Notes under the pieces: generated by a model | What the model was told of the DNA's origin: nothing | The model's database searches: none | The model's input: the letters and a program-made list of their open reading frames with translations, nothing else | Made by a program: the position numbers and the translations under genes | In this document: positions 61,203 through 64,000 of the stretch, one piece after another | Position numbering within the stretch: the first letter of the stretch is position 1 | Layout: the number at the start of each line of letters is the position of its first letter | DNA from: the human T2T-CHM13v2.0 reference genome, Homo sapiens | Reading direction: 5' to 3' (one strand) | Assembly: GCF_009914755.1 (NCBI RefSeq) | Contig: NC_060934.1 | DNA: 64,000 nt

Positions 61203-64000
61203 CTAACCCATTTTTCTACAGAAAGATTTGCCCTAAGGGGGCAAATATTTGAACATCAATAAATATACTATCCTTAGTATATTTTTCTACAGAATTGTTG
61301 TAGTTTTTCTCCTCCATTTTAAGGAGCTTTTTCAAATACATTAGGGCTATTAATAATTTGTCTCTAATATAAGCTGTGAATATTATTTTTCCTAGTTTGT
61401 CATTTGTCTTATCTTACTCATGGTGGTTTTTATTTTTTTGTTGTTGTTGATTTTTTTGTCACACGAAGTTTTTTTTATTTCAATACAACCAAATTTTTCA
61501 ATCTTTTCCCTTACCATGTCTGGATTTGAGCCGTAATTCAGAAAGCTTCACAATCTCCAAGGATAGAAAGCCATTTGCCAATATTTTCTTATTTTTACAG
61601 TTTCAGTTTTTATATTTAAATCTCTTGTCTACTTGGAATTTAACCCAGTATATGGAGAAACAGGTCCGATTTTGTTTTTTTTCCAGTTGCTATCTACTTA
61701 TCCCAACACCCCTTGCAGAGAAGTTCATTCTCCCACCAATTTGCGATGCCACCTTTCTCATCTACAAGTCTCCACGTGCAACTGGGGCTATTTCTGGGTC
61801 TTCTACTTTGCTTTGTCAGTCTGCCTATTCACATGCCAGTACAACCTGTTTTGATAACAGAGGTTTTCCAGTATGTTTGGATGTCTGGTGGGACTTTTTT
61901 TTCTTATTGCACTTTCTTTTCAGAGTTTTCTTGGCTTTTTATTCATCCATTCTTCCAAACAAATTTGTCTGCCTTCCAAGTGGAATTTTTGCCAATTGCT
62001 CAATTTTCCAAAAACAAATTGACACCTGTTCGACTTCATTGACGACCCAAGTTGGCTGCTTGGTCACAGAGCCTGGAACATAGTAGGTGTTCAAAAAATG
62101 TCAATAGACGTGAAGTGCCTGGAGATCTTTGGCTGGAGGTTAGCATACCATCTCAACATCCCACAACAAATGTTAATCCTAGATGATGATTCTACAAAGA
62201 GTTTAATCCCAATTACTTCAGTATAACTGAAAACAAGACTGGTTAATAATACTTAAGAATTTTTTAAAAATAGAAAAATAATACCCTTCACATTGGTGTG
62301 CCTCCAATGAGGCAGTTTACTAGACTTTGAGGGACTCTTTTCACTCAGTGCTCTTTTAAATGTTTTGAATGTGTGTTACATGCATGGATTGTTTACATAG
62401 TCACTCAACAAATGTCATGTCATTCATTAATCCAAGTTACTGCATCTCAGTTAATTCAGGTGGGAAATTTCTTTCTCGTGTACTCTATGCATATGACATT
62501 TGGGACACTTGGCATCTGGTGAAGAGGGAACCACAGGCTTCTATCTGGGCTAGCCTGTGGGTGACCAGGTCTGGGCCCAGTATCTTGGCTTTTGCATTGT
62601 TTTGTATTTTTTAAGAACATAATGTCCTAGGAAAACAAGGGAAAGAACAGCTCCTTTCTTTAATAAATGATTCAAACGTTGGAAATGGGGAAAAGAAAAC
62701 ATGGCACAAAGGAGCATATTTTCCAGGTTGTGACTTTTCTACTGGAGAAGCCCATGTCAACCAACACAGCCTTGGTTAAGCGTAACCTGCCCTGGTTCTA
62801 CTGGGCTAATCTGGTGTGCTGGGTTTGGATAATGGACCTGTGTCAAGTGAAGCCAAGAAAATCCAGACTCACTTAAAGGTCCAAATGGAAACGAGAAGTC
62901 TCGGAAGCCTCCTCTGTGGATATGCATCTTACCAATAGACGGACTCCTAGGTTTGACCCTGAGCAATCCTCCTAATAAAACAGAAGGACTCAGAGATCAG
63001 CAGATGTGTCAAAGGTCCACTGATGGTCTGGGGGTGCTTAGTACTCATCTCACCAATGTATATTCAGACTTAGCAAAATGCTTTTAGTGGAGACCCAGAT
63101 TGAAACCCTGACTCAGTTTACTAGCTGCAGAAACTTGAGCCTATCTGAGACTCAATCAAGATAATAAAATTAAAAGGAGTAAAGAATATTAGGCACACAA
63201 GTGCTCAGAACAGTAGCCAGCATTAACTATCCTTAGTATAATATAGCTTTCAGAACTCTGTCAAAAGTGCTCTTTATTGTAAGAGAAAATGGGGCCCATC
63301 TTTACCCCAACTTAAAGCATTATCTAGTCTCATTTCAAGCTTTGAAGAGATGAGTAAACTCTCCTCTCCATTTTCCTCCATGGTCACAATCGATAGTGTT
63401 TTCAATTGAGAAGATATGAGTTTACCTAAGTGTGTGTGCAAAAGCCCAGTTGGAAATGGCAATGATGCATTACAGTACTCCATCCATCTGTTCCAAGAGA
63501 CTGAAAGCTTTCTCTTCCTGGCAGATGGCTGGGATCCTGATACCTACATGCATGAGAAGCCACACCAGAATGCCAGCCGACATTTGCATGCAGAGACGTT
63601 GCCTGTGGAGCTGTCTCCAGAAGAGGATGCAGCTGCAGGTACTTGAGGACCACACTCCCCCTCCCAAGCCTAATGTTCCCTACATGGCAGCGCACTGAGC
63701 ATTGGCAATGCACAAACCACTTCTCAATTACTCATAATTGAGTTGCAAAAAGAGATTATTCTTTGCTGAAACTTGACTTCTCATCCTGGAAGCAGGTTTT
63801 TCTCATTTGGGATGGGAGGGGGGCAAATTATATTAAAATTTGCTGGAAATTTTTGCTTGGAACAAGGCACAAAAATATTCCTTGGAGGTTGCAGATGCCT
63901 CAGTTGTCATTCTTTAACAAAATCAGGGCTCTCTTTGTAAAAACAAACACGACCCAGGCATGTTCACTCTTTCTTTGGAATGTATCCATGGTGCTAAATT

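Overview
This is primate (very probably human) non-coding genomic DNA: intergenic or deep-intronic, CpG-depleted and dominated by interspersed repeats. I find no intact protein-coding gene, rRNA, tRNA or CRISPR array. The only gene-derived sequence is a full-length but disabled processed RPL19 pseudogene (minus strand, ~13221-13971) carrying an in-frame 45-bp internal tandem duplication. The rest is layered retroelements (10 Alus, several L1 fragments, THE1/MST/MLT1/MER34-like LTRs, L2, MIR, HAL1-like), DNA transposon fossils (MER20, MER58A, MER5A, MER63-like, Tigger3/MER7) and microsatellites. I do not see a new gene system. The most interesting structure is a set of locally templated insertions: short inserts stitched from direct and inverted copies of sequence 0-2.5 kb away (61224-61280, 41061-41200, 34297-34440, 12580-12805), plus a palindromic AT-rich minisatellite that grew out of a triplicated Alu target site (57881-58394). 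Several CpG-retaining unique segments have plausible splice or promoter signals and may belong to lncRNAs; these are weak candidates. Repeat family names come from recalled consensus sequences, and boundaries of old elements are approximate.
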